The notes under the pieces were generated by a model, which saw only the letters and a list, made by a program, of their open reading frames with translations, made no database searches and was not told the origin of the DNA. This document shows positions 47,452 to 55,029 of a DNA stretch of 64,000 nt, piece by piece (positions within the stretch are counted from its first letter, which is position 1; every line of letters begins with the position of its first letter). The stretch comes from Abditibacterium sp. (GTDB lineage Bacteria > Armatimonadota > Abditibacteriia > Abditibacteriales > Abditibacteriaceae), in assembly GCA_965246885.1 (NCBI GenBank), contig OZ251992.1:864001-928000 (forward strand), written 5' to 3'. The translations under genes were made by a program, and so were the position numbers.

Positions 47452-47610
47452 CTCTCCGTATTTTGGGCGAAGAAATACCTCCTTTCCCCGGCCAAATACG
47501 GATTTCCCCCGGAGGAATCCGTACTTGGCGGCGTCAAATCCGTATTTGGCCAGAAGAAATACGGATTTAACTCGGTCAAATCCGTATTTGACGCGGCTAA
47601 ATATGGATTC
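47452..47610. repeat. 21-bp-period array, family B (12-bp core in either orientation plus 9-bp unique spacer)
   Basis: AAATCCGTATTT- or AAATACGGATTT-like cores at 47452, 47473, 47494, 47515, 47536, 47557, 47578, 47599 (first two degenerate). Confidence 0.9.
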
Positions 47611-47657
47611 CTTTGGGTGCCACGCCCTTATTTGCCGAACTGACGGGCGGGCGGGCC

Positions 47658-47696
47658 ACAAGCGCGCCGCTTTCGAGAGAAGTCGGCGCGCTTTGT
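47658..47696 (-). terminator. Hairpin just downstream of the RelE-like gene
   Basis: AAGCGCGCCG...AAGTCGGCGCGCTTT, closely similar to the rpsG terminator. Confidence 0.65.
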
Positions 47697-47966
47697 TCAG
47701 TCGTAAACATCCTTGCGGTCGCCGACTTCCACGACGACAACGACTAATATGCCGTCTTGAACGTCGTAGATGATGCGGTAGTCGCCGACGCGAAGGCGAT
47801 AGAATTGCGTTTTGCCCCGGAGTTTCTTGCCGCCCGATGGACGCGGTTCGAGTTCGAGGGTGTAGATTTTGTCGAAGAGCTTGTTTTGCACTTCTTCCGA
47901 CAAGCGGTTAATCTGGCGCCACGCGGGTGACTCAATTAGCACGCGGTAGGAGTGTGGTTCGTTCAT
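47697..47966 (-). CDS. RelE/ParE family toxin
   Basis: YRVLI..A.RQI..PRPSGGKKLRG..YRLRVGDYRIIY..VGDRKDVY. Confidence 0.9.
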   Translation of the reverse strand: MNEPHSYRVLIESPAWRQINRLSEEVQNKLFDKIYTLELEPRPSGGKKLRGKTQFYRLRVGDYRIIYDVQDGILVVVVVEVGDRKDVYD

Positions 47967-48196
47967 CGCCCCAAAGCCTTGCGCCAATCGTCCAAAGTTT
48001 TGCGTTGCGACGGGTCGCTATTCGCCAAGATGCGCTCGGCTTCGGCGGCGTCCACTTCGTCCTCCAACTCTTCGAGCAACTCCTCGGTCGGCTCTGGGTA
48101 AAGCGCGACGACTTCCTCAAACGGGATACCACGCTCTTTGGCGACATCTGCAAAAACGTTCTGGGCGTAGCGGGAGAGGGTGGCGGTAGGTGTCAT
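47963..48196 (-). CDS. Putative antitoxin, toxin-proximal copy
   Basis: Acidic EELLEELEDEVD..TLDDWRK; ATGA overlap with the toxin. Confidence 0.75.
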   Translation of the reverse strand: MTPTATLSRYAQNVFADVAKERGIPFEEVVALYPEPTEELLEELEDEVDAAEAERILANSDPSQRKTLDDWRKALGR

Positions 48197-48205
48197 CTGT
48201 TGAGT

Positions 48206-48472
48206 TTACTGAGCGAGAAGATGATGGGGTTTCGCGCTCCGGTTGGCGATGTAGGCGCGCAAATCATCGAGCGTGTAGCGTTCGTTCGGGTCATCTTCCA
48301 ACCGCGCGCGGCGTGCGGCGGCGACATCCAATTCGTCTTCCAATTCTTCCAGCGCCTCTTCGGAGAAATCGAGGCAACTCGCCACGACTTCTTCGAGCGA
48401 CACGCCGCGTTCTTTGGCGACGGCGCGGAGCAGACTTTCCACTTCGGGCTTGAGTTCGAGGGGCAAGGTCAT
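48206..48472 (-). CDS. Putative antitoxin, second paralogous copy
   Basis: Shares VAKERG..EEVVA..LEELEDE.D..DP..R.TLDD.R with 47963-48196. Confidence 0.72.
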   Translation of the reverse strand: MTLPLELKPEVESLLRAVAKERGVSLEEVVASCLDFSEEALEELEDELDVAAARRARLEDDPNERYTLDDLRAYIANRSAKPHHLLAQ

Positions 48473-48533
48473 GGCCCCAATTTGCCACGAACTGGCGGCG
48501 ACTCAACGCGCGGCGTCCCTTAAACTCCCACCC

Positions 48534-48650
48534 ATGAAAACGATTCGTCTTCGCTTCGATGGGCGCACTTTTGTTCCGCAGGAGGAGGTGCATCTGCCCG
48601 CCGGGTTTGAAACGACGGTGGAAGTAGAGCCGATAAACTTTGGGCTATGA
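48534..48650 (+). CDS. Short AF2212/DUF104-like antitoxin-domain peptide
   Basis: MKTIRLRFDGRTFVPQEEVHLPAGFETTVEV (38 aa); TAAACT 7 nt before the ATG. Confidence 0.55.
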   Translation: MKTIRLRFDGRTFVPQEEVHLPAGFETTVEVEPINFGL

Positions 48651-48907
48651 AAACGACTTCGGCGATTTGGGATGGGGCGGGGCTTCGGTTCGAGAACATC
48701 ACGCCGCCTGCAGGGGTGCGCGTGAGCGTCAGTTGGGCCGATGAAGACGAGGGCGAAGTGGAAGGGCCGGGGGTGGCGTTGTTGCGGTTAGTCGAAGAGT
48801 TGAACGAGCAGTTCCCGCCCGACCCGGACACACCGTCCGACTTGGCGGCGCAGCACGATCACTATTTGCATGGCCAACCCAAACGAGCGGACAATGATTT
48901 TCGTTGA
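48647..48907 (+). CDS. Putative antitoxin (VapB-like)
   Basis: MKTTSAIWDGAGLRF..PAGVRVSV N-domain and DLAAQHDHYLHG tail; overlaps the PIN gene. Confidence 0.72.
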   Translation: MKTTSAIWDGAGLRFENITPPAGVRVSVSWADEDEGEVEGPGVALLRLVEELNEQFPPDPDTPSDLAAQHDHYLHGQPKRADNDFR

Positions 48908-49298
48908 TACGGGCTACTTCCTCGCTTTGCTGCAACCACGCGATGGGTTGAACGCACGCGTAGGGCGTTGGGCCACAGCCGTTGCAGAGCCGCTCGTGAC
49001 CCACGAGTTTGTGTTGGTTGAAGTGGCCGACGCGCTTTCGAGTCCTCGTGACCGCCGCCGCATCGCGCCTTTTTTCGCGGGGCTGTACGCTCAGTCCTCG
49101 TTGAACATTATTCCCGCTTCGACGGCTCTGCTCATTGCCGGTCTCAATCTCCATTCGCAGCGTCCCGACAAGGAGTGGTCGCTCACCGATTGCATTTCGT
49201 TCGCCCTGATGCAAAAGCGCGGCCTCACGCGGGCGTTGGCGTTCGACCATCATTTCGAGCAGGCGGAGTTCGAGGCGTTGCTGCGCCACAAGCCGTGA
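48894..49298 (+). CDS. PIN-domain (VapC-like) toxin
   Basis: MIFVDTG, LVE, SLTDCISF, AFDHHF. Confidence 0.9.
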   Translation: MIFVDTGYFLALLQPRDGLNARVGRWATAVAEPLVTHEFVLVEVADALSSPRDRRRIAPFFAGLYAQSSLNIIPASTALLIAGLNLHSQRPDKEWSLTDCISFALMQKRGLTRALAFDHHFEQAEFEALLRHKP

Positions 49299-49456
49299 AC
49301 TTCCCCTTTCTCCCGTCGGTGCGCATAATTTGGTCGCCGCCCGGGGTCGGTGAAAGAAAGCGCGGGGTCATTGGACGACCCGTTTATGCCGGTCAACGTT
49401 TGATGTGTACCGGCGAATGAGTCGCCCATGCCGGTGAACGGTTGCGCGGGGCCGTT

Positions 49457-50911
49457 TTATTCCTCGCAGAACTGCGTGACGCGGTTGCGGCCCCCTTCTT
49501 TAGCGGCGTAGAGGGCTTGGTCGGCTTGGTCGAGGAGGCGCAGGCCGGTTTGGGAGTTGGCGGTGTGGGTGGCGATGCCGATGGAAATGGTGATGGGGCG
49601 CAACCGCCAAGGCGCGGTTTCGATGGTGCGGCGCATGCGCTCGGCGAGTATGAAAGCACCCTCGGCGCCGGTGTTGGGCAGCAAGATGGCGAACTCTTCG
49701 CCGCCCAAGCGCGCCACAAAGTCGCTGGTGCGCGCTTTTTCGGATAGGAGGCGCGCAACGGTTTGCAGCACTTCGTCGCCGCAACCGTGCCCGAAGGAGT
49801 CGTTGAAGAGCTTGAACTTGTCCACGTCGAGCATCAGCACCGACAAGGGCACGCCATAGCGGTGGGCGCGGTCGAACTCGTCCTCTAAGCGCGGATCGAA
49901 GGCGCGGCGGTTGTGCAACCCGGTGAGCGCGTCGCTGCGGCTTTCGGCCTCGACGCGAATCAGCGCGTTTTCTAATTCCAGTTGGTAGCGCTCCAACTGC
50001 TGCTCGTAGTGCTTGGTTTGAGTGACATCGAGCGCCACGCCCGCCAAAGAGCGCGCGTTTCCACCGCCGCGCGGCAGGGGGAACTTGAAGACTTGCCAGA
50101 ACCGCTCGCCGTCGGGCGTGGGGACGCGCTCCAAGATTTCGACGATGCTCTCGCCCTCGACGATTTGGGTGTCGTGCGCGCGCAGATCGGCGGCGACTTC
50201 AACGGGCCACAGGTCGAAGTCGTCGTGGCCGATGACCTTTTCTTTGGTGAGGTTGAAGCGCTCCAAGAACGGCTTGTTGACATACGAGAAGCGCCAGTTG
50301 GCGTCTTTAACGAATGCCACCAAGGGCGAGGCATCCATGAACGCTTCAAAGCGGGTTTGGCTGTCCCGCAGTCGGGCCTCGTTTTGAACATGGAGGGCGA
50401 GGGCGTTGCTCAAACGGACGAGGTTGCGGCGCAGTTCGAGTTGGGCCACAGCCTGACGCGCAAGCGCGCGGAGCGCTTTTTGTTGGGCGGGCGACAGTTC
50501 GCGCGGTTGGTGGTCGAGGACGCACAGCGTTCCCAGCGCGTCGCCTTCGGGCGTGACGAGCGGGGCGCCCGCGTAGAATTGGATGTTTTCTTCGCCCGTC
50601 ACGAGCGCGTTGTCGCGGAAGCGCGGGTCGTTGCGGGCATCGGGAACAATAAGCAGTTCGTCGGCTTGGAGCAGGGCGTGCGCGCAAAAGGAGAGATCGC
50701 GCGGCGTTTCGGACACGGTGATGCCCAAACGCGACTTGAACCACTGCCGGTCGTTGTCAACGAGGGACACGAGCGCCATCGGCGTCCCGCAAATCTGCGA
50801 CGCCAGCACCACGATGTCGTCAAACCCCTCCTCTGGAGGGGTGTCCAGAATGTTATAGGATTCCAGCGCCAACAAGCGTCGGGCTTCATCGGGCGGCAGG
50901 GGAGCTTTCAT
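49457..50911 (-). CDS. GAF-PAS diguanylate cyclase
   Basis: ILDTPPE..FYAGAPL..GTLCVLD (GAF), a PAS segment, DALTGLHNRR and ARLGGEEF. Confidence 0.92.
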   Translation of the reverse strand: MKAPLPPDEARRLLALESYNILDTPPEEGFDDIVVLASQICGTPMALVSLVDNDRQWFKSRLGITVSETPRDLSFCAHALLQADELLIVPDARNDPRFRDNALVTGEENIQFYAGAPLVTPEGDALGTLCVLDHQPRELSPAQQKALRALARQAVAQLELRRNLVRLSNALALHVQNEARLRDSQTRFEAFMDASPLVAFVKDANWRFSYVNKPFLERFNLTKEKVIGHDDFDLWPVEVAADLRAHDTQIVEGESIVEILERVPTPDGERFWQVFKFPLPRGGGNARSLAGVALDVTQTKHYEQQLERYQLELENALIRVEAESRSDALTGLHNRRAFDPRLEDEFDRAHRYGVPLSVLMLDVDKFKLFNDSFGHGCGDEVLQTVARLLSEKARTSDFVARLGGEEFAILLPNTGAEGAFILAERMRRTIETAPWRLRPITISIGIATHTANSQTGLRLLDQADQALYAAKEGGRNRVTQFCEE

Positions 50912-50989
50912 GGGACGGTAAAAGATAAAGACTACACCGACAAGTTTAAGAACCAAAACTGCCACTCGCAGCCAACGCCCAGCCGAAGT

Positions 50990-51601
50990 TCACTCTTCTC
51001 TAATGGAAGCTGGACGCAGGGGGAGCACGTCGGGTACATCCAATTCGTCGTAGATGTCGGCGAGGGAGAGTTCGATGCCCACGCTGTCCAACTCTATCAC
51101 CTCGCCGCGCCCGTCGTAAGACCGGTGCACCCAGTTTGCCCCCTGCCGCGAGAAGTGCTCGACCCACACGCGGTCTTGCTCTATAAGGATGTACTCCTCG
51201 AAGGTGGGAATGGTTTTGTAGAGCGCGAACTTGCCCGTGCGGTCGTAGTTTTGGGTGGAATCCGACAGCACCTCGAAGATGACCTTGGGAGTCAGCAGGG
51301 CGGAGTCGCCCTTGCCAACGAACCGCGACGGCGGGCAGAAGATAACCGCATCGGGATAAACCTCCTTCCCGTTCGACTCGGCTTTGACGCGCATCTCCGA
51401 ACTGCGCGCCTTGCACGGCTTGCCCCGCAAAGCCTCCTTCGCAGCAGCCGCGACGTTGGTGCAGATGGTGGCGTGATTGAAAGTCCCACCCGCCATAGCG
51501 AACACTTCGCCATCGAGCCACTCGTGTTTGACCGTCGAAATCTCCTCGCCCTCGCGGTACTCTTCCTCGGTGATGTAGTCGAACTGGCGCTGCGCGTTCA
51601 T
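50990..51601 (-). CDS. Uma2 family endonuclease
   Basis: GEVFAMAGG, YPDAVIFC, IFEVLSDSTQNYDRTGKF; paralog of 14656-15231. Confidence 0.9.
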   Translation of the reverse strand: MNAQRQFDYITEEEYREGEEISTVKHEWLDGEVFAMAGGTFNHATICTNVAAAAKEALRGKPCKARSSEMRVKAESNGKEVYPDAVIFCPPSRFVGKGDSALLTPKVIFEVLSDSTQNYDRTGKFALYKTIPTFEEYILIEQDRVWVEHFSRQGANWVHRSYDGRGEVIELDSVGIELSLADIYDELDVPDVLPLRPASIREE

Positions 51602-51658
51602 GGGAGGAAGTTTGACGCTTTGGGCGCACCCCTCACAACCGGGAATTGCGCTTTGGGT

Positions 51659-52192
51659 TCATTGGCGTGTCCAAATGTTTGTGGTCGTTCGAGGCACTCC
51701 GCCTAAGTTATCAGTCGAAGTGGCCACTATTCTATTTGACCCCCATGCCATCCAGCGAAGGCGAATGACAATGCCCTTGTGGGACTTGCTCTTGTCATAC
51801 GCATCAATCGAGTACTTCTCGGCATCGTCAATCGTGTTACCATTGGGAACAAAAGGAATGTCGGCTCCGTTTGTTCGCACGTATCGTTTGAAGTTGAACA
51901 GCCTAACTGAGTTGGCGCTCACGGAGTAGCTGCCCTTGAACACAGATGGAGCGCCGGGGCCAGAGCCATCTTCCCCACCTATCTTTGATGTTGGGGAGAA
52001 GGTCGTAACGTCTTCGTATTGCCCATTGGCTTTGAATGTGGTTATTGTTGTGCGGTCTTTATCGCTGTGCACTTGCCATGTGCCCACAAGACGAGAAGTT
52101 ACGGGGCTACGAAGCAGGGCCTGAGCGACAATCACGACAAGCGGCATCAAAGGGCAGGTCAGCAAAATCAACTTTCTACGGTTAAAGTGCAT
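51659..52192 (-). CDS. Exported beta-rich hypothetical protein (lower GC)
   Basis: N-terminal TM/signal; LVGTW..TFKANGQY..GSY pattern. Confidence 0.62.
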   Translation of the reverse strand: MHFNRRKLILLTCPLMPLVVIVAQALLRSPVTSRLVGTWQVHSDKDRTTITTFKANGQYEDVTTFSPTSKIGGEDGSGPGAPSVFKGSYSVSANSVRLFNFKRYVRTNGADIPFVPNGNTIDDAEKYSIDAYDKSKSHKGIVIRLRWMAWGSNRIVATSTDNLGGVPRTTTNIWTRQ

Positions 52193-52248
52193 GACGAATT
52201 CTCCATTAACTTAATACCTTTATTCTACTCGCTCCCGCCGCCGCGCGT

Positions 52249-52277
52249 TTGACGCCCTGCCCCAATCCCCTCACAAT
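52249..52277 (+). promoter_or_regulatory. Sigma70-type promoter
   Basis: TTGACG - 17 nt - CACAAT upstream of the DHS-like gene. Confidence 0.6.
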
Positions 52278-52366
52278 ATAAGCCCGTGTCGTCGCGCCCT
52301 GAGGCGCGGCTGAGGGCCACCCTTGGCACCCGCACGGAAAGCAGACACACGTTTCCGCCCGTTGCC

Positions 52367-53356
52367 ATGCAAAACCAAAACACCTCGAACTCGCCCGTTT
52401 CCGATTTCCTGCGCCACCATTACCGCCACTTCAACGCGGCCACGCTCGTTGACGCCGCCGATGCTTATCGCGCGCACCTTGACGGGGGCGGGCAGATGAT
52501 GATCACGCTCGCGGGCGCCATGTCCACCGCCGAATTGGGATTGTCGCTCGCCGAGATGATTCGCCAAGGCAAAGTGCATTGCATCACTTGCACCGGCGCC
52601 AACCTCGAAGAGGACATCTTCAACCTCGTCGCGCACGACTTCTATGTGCGCGTGCCGCACTACCGCGAACTGTCGGCGCAGGACGAAGTTGACCTGCGCG
52701 CGCGCGACCTCTACCGCGTCACCGACACCTGCATCCCCGAAGACGAGGCGATGAAGCGCATCGAAAACCGCATGATTGACCTGTGGAACGCCGCGAACGC
52801 ATCGGGCGAGCGCCTGTTTCCGCACGAGTTCTTCTACCGCCTGCTCGACCAACCGGGCTTTGCCGACCTGTTCCAGATTGACCCGAAAAACTCGTGGATG
52901 CTCGCCGCCAAGGAAAAGAACCTGCCCATCTTCGTGCCCGGTTGGGAGGATTCGACGCTCGGCAATATGTTCGCGGCGCACTGCATTCGGGGCGAAGCCA
53001 AGCCCTCGGTCGTCAAAGGCGGCATCGAATACATGATCGAACTCGCCGACTACTACACCCGCACCACGACCGACAAACAGTTGGGCTTCTTCCAAATCGG
53101 CGGCGGCATCGCGGGCGACTTCCCCATCTGCGTCGTCCCGATGCTCCACCTCGACCTCAAAAGGATGGAAGCGCCCGTGTGGGGCTACTTCTGCCAGATT
53201 TCCGACTCGACCACGAGCTACGGCTCCTACTCCGGCGCCGTGCCCAACGAGAAGATAACATGGGACAAACTCAAGCCCGAAACCCCCAAATTCGTCATCG
53301 AATCCGACGCCACGATAGTGGCACCGCTGGTGTTCGCGTTGGTGTTGGGGATGTAA
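52367..53356 (+). CDS. Deoxyhypusine synthase-like protein (probable homospermidine synthase)
   Basis: TLAGAMSTAELG, CTGANLEED, FVPGWEDS, QIGGG, SYGSYSGAVPNEKITWDK, SDATIVAP. Confidence 0.9.
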   Translation: MQNQNTSNSPVSDFLRHHYRHFNAATLVDAADAYRAHLDGGGQMMITLAGAMSTAELGLSLAEMIRQGKVHCITCTGANLEEDIFNLVAHDFYVRVPHYRELSAQDEVDLRARDLYRVTDTCIPEDEAMKRIENRMIDLWNAANASGERLFPHEFFYRLLDQPGFADLFQIDPKNSWMLAAKEKNLPIFVPGWEDSTLGNMFAAHCIRGEAKPSVVKGGIEYMIELADYYTRTTTDKQLGFFQIGGGIAGDFPICVVPMLHLDLKRMEAPVWGYFCQISDSTTSYGSYSGAVPNEKITWDKLKPETPKFVIESDATIVAPLVFALVLGM

Positions 53357-53371
53357 TTTAGTTACGTAACT

Positions 53372-53404
53372 AAAAAGCGCGCCGTTTTGATGAATGGCGC
53401 GCTT
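53372..53404. terminator. Hairpin between convergent genes
   Basis: AAAAAGCGCGCCGTT-loop-AATGGCGCGCTT. Confidence 0.72.
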
Positions 53405-53588
53405 ACTGTTTCTGCGCCCAACGAATATAAAGGCGGGCAGAAGCTGCGCCACAGATGAGCATGGAGGGCAGGAGCGCGATTAGAAAAACGAGCTTAGAAT
53501 GGTGGACATACAAAAAAGCCAACTGGTTGAGGCCTGCCCCGATCAGCATTCCTACGATTAAAGCTGGAAGTTCATGTATATAGCCCAT
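53403..53588 (-). CDS. Small membrane protein
   Basis: 61 aa with two hydrophobic segments. Confidence 0.5.
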   Translation of the reverse strand: MGYIHELPALIVGMLIGAGLNQLAFLYVHHSKLVFLIALLPSMLICGAASARLYIRWAQKQ

Positions 53589-53598
53589 GAGAATTGAT

Positions 53599-53847
53599 TT
53601 ACGGCATATAATGCCATTTCGTTTCGAGCCGTCCAATCAGTCCGCCCAGTTCGTCCGTGTCGTCGCCCTGCGCCCATGCGTTTACTTCGCGGTTCGGGTC
53701 GAAGAACTCGATGACTTCGCCGCGTTGCCGCTCGTTCAACTCGTCGCAGCTGAACTTCTCCTTGAGAACATCGCGCGCGGCTTCGACCGAATCCATGCTC
53801 AGGATTTCGTAGGCCATTCCATCGGACAAATAGGTGGTGAGTCGCAT
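53599..53847 (-). CDS. Small acidic hypothetical protein
   Basis: 82-aa ORF with protein-like composition. Confidence 0.55.
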   Translation of the reverse strand: MRLTTYLSDGMAYEILSMDSVEAARDVLKEKFSCDELNERQRGEVIEFFDPNREVNAWAQGDDTDELGGLIGRLETKWHYMP

Positions 53848-54172
53848 GATGTGTCAGAGGAAATAACCCGGCGAGTGTAAGCGCACAGACCCGTTCGGGC
53901 GCGAAATCCCAAATGGGCGCCGCCGATGGGGAACTAAAGGCGCCCTTCGACACGCCAGTGGCGCGGCTTCCCAAGTAGGGGACTTCCTCGCGGCGGGGAG
54001 GGCATCGGGGCTACGCGTTTAGCGGGCACCCCTCCGCGTCTTAGCGTCTTGGCGGGAAATCTCCGCCGTGCCCAAACGCGCGAAAACCCTCAAGAGGGGC
54101 ATTGGCGGCCCCAGTTATTTTCTTATTTTGTAGGTTTAGGATTTAAAGCTATGCAACTCAGTGAAAACGTGA

Positions 54173-54248
54173 GTGGCAAGCGCCCGGAAATTTCGTAAAA
54201 TGGACGGCACAGGACGCGAAGTGACGGCAAATGACGCGAAGTGGCGGA
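54173..54248 (+). promoter_or_regulatory. dcw promoter and candidate MraZ operator
   Basis: GTGGCA - 17 nt - TAAAAT (54196), then G(A/G)CG boxes at 54203, 54213, 54223, 54233, 54243 (10-bp period). Confidence 0.62.
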
Positions 54249-54342
54249 TTTCGGAATTCCTTCCGGAGACGCCATCAGAACCGAGTTTTTCGTTGCCAAC
54301 GCCCCCTCGCAGGTGGAACGTTTTCCTGCTTCGTATGCGACC

Positions 54343-55029
54343 ATGCCCCGCGCCATCGCCATCAAAGGCGAAGACAAACCGGACGCCCCGTCCGTGATCG
54401 TTCCCGTTCCGGTCATGACCGGGACGCACTTTCACGGGTTGGACGACAAAGGCCGCATTATCATCCCCGCCAAATTACGGGCGGGGCTGACGGAGCGATT
54501 CTGGATGATGCTCGACGAAAACGATAACGTGGCCATGTATGATTTCCAAACAGGGCTGGACGTTCTCGCTTACTGCGAGCGCCAGATGGCGGACAATCCA
54601 AACGACGAGTTTATCGCGGCGGCGGTGGAGCGTATCACCGGCGCAGCGGAACAAACCCAAGTAGAGAACGATTCGTGGCGCGTCCCCGTTTCCGACATTC
54701 TGCGCTTATACGCGGGCATCGAAAAAGAGGTCGTGTCAGTGGGTGTGTTGAACAAAGCGGTGATGTGGTCGCGGGAACGCTGGGAGGAAGCGCAACAAAA
54801 GCGCGAATCGCCCGAAGTTCGCCGCGCTCAAGCCGGGATGTTGCGCGCTGCGGCCAGTCAGGTCAAAAAACCGGGCGTGCCGCAAGCGCCAGAAGTGGAA
54901 GTCGTGGAGGAAGTGGCCGCCAATGCAACCGGAACAGAAGGCAATGGAACAAGGGGAGCGGCGGTTGCATCCACCGGCAATGGTGGCAGAGGTTCTCGCG
55001 TTCTTACGCTGTCAACAATTGGCAGATAA
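54343..55029 (+). CDS. mraZ: Division/cell-wall cluster repressor MraZ
   Basis: GTHFHGLDDKGRIIIPAKLR, second repeat RVPVSDILRLYAGI..VGV..WSRERW; precedes rsmH; start could instead be 54415. Confidence 0.88.
   Translation: MPRAIAIKGEDKPDAPSVIVPVPVMTGTHFHGLDDKGRIIIPAKLRAGLTERFWMMLDENDNVAMYDFQTGLDVLAYCERQMADNPNDEFIAAAVERITGAAEQTQVENDSWRVPVSDILRLYAGIEKEVVSVGVLNKAVMWSRERWEEAQQKRESPEVRRAQAGMLRAAASQVKKPGVPQAPEVEVVEEVAANATGTEGNGTRGAAVASTGNGGRGSRVLTLSTIGR

Noticed and set aside
47452..47610. CRISPR array
   Set aside because: 12-bp cores and 9-bp spacers are far below CRISPR sizes, orientation is mixed, and no cas gene is in the window.
53366..53374. Similarity of GTAACTAAA to the E. coli Ter core
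   Set aside because: Ter sites are asymmetric and Tus-specific; the match is short and is one half of a palindrome.
53880..54120. Possible ncRNA or tRNA in the intergenic region before mraZ
   Set aside because: No cloverleaf or recognisable RNA family motif found by eye.
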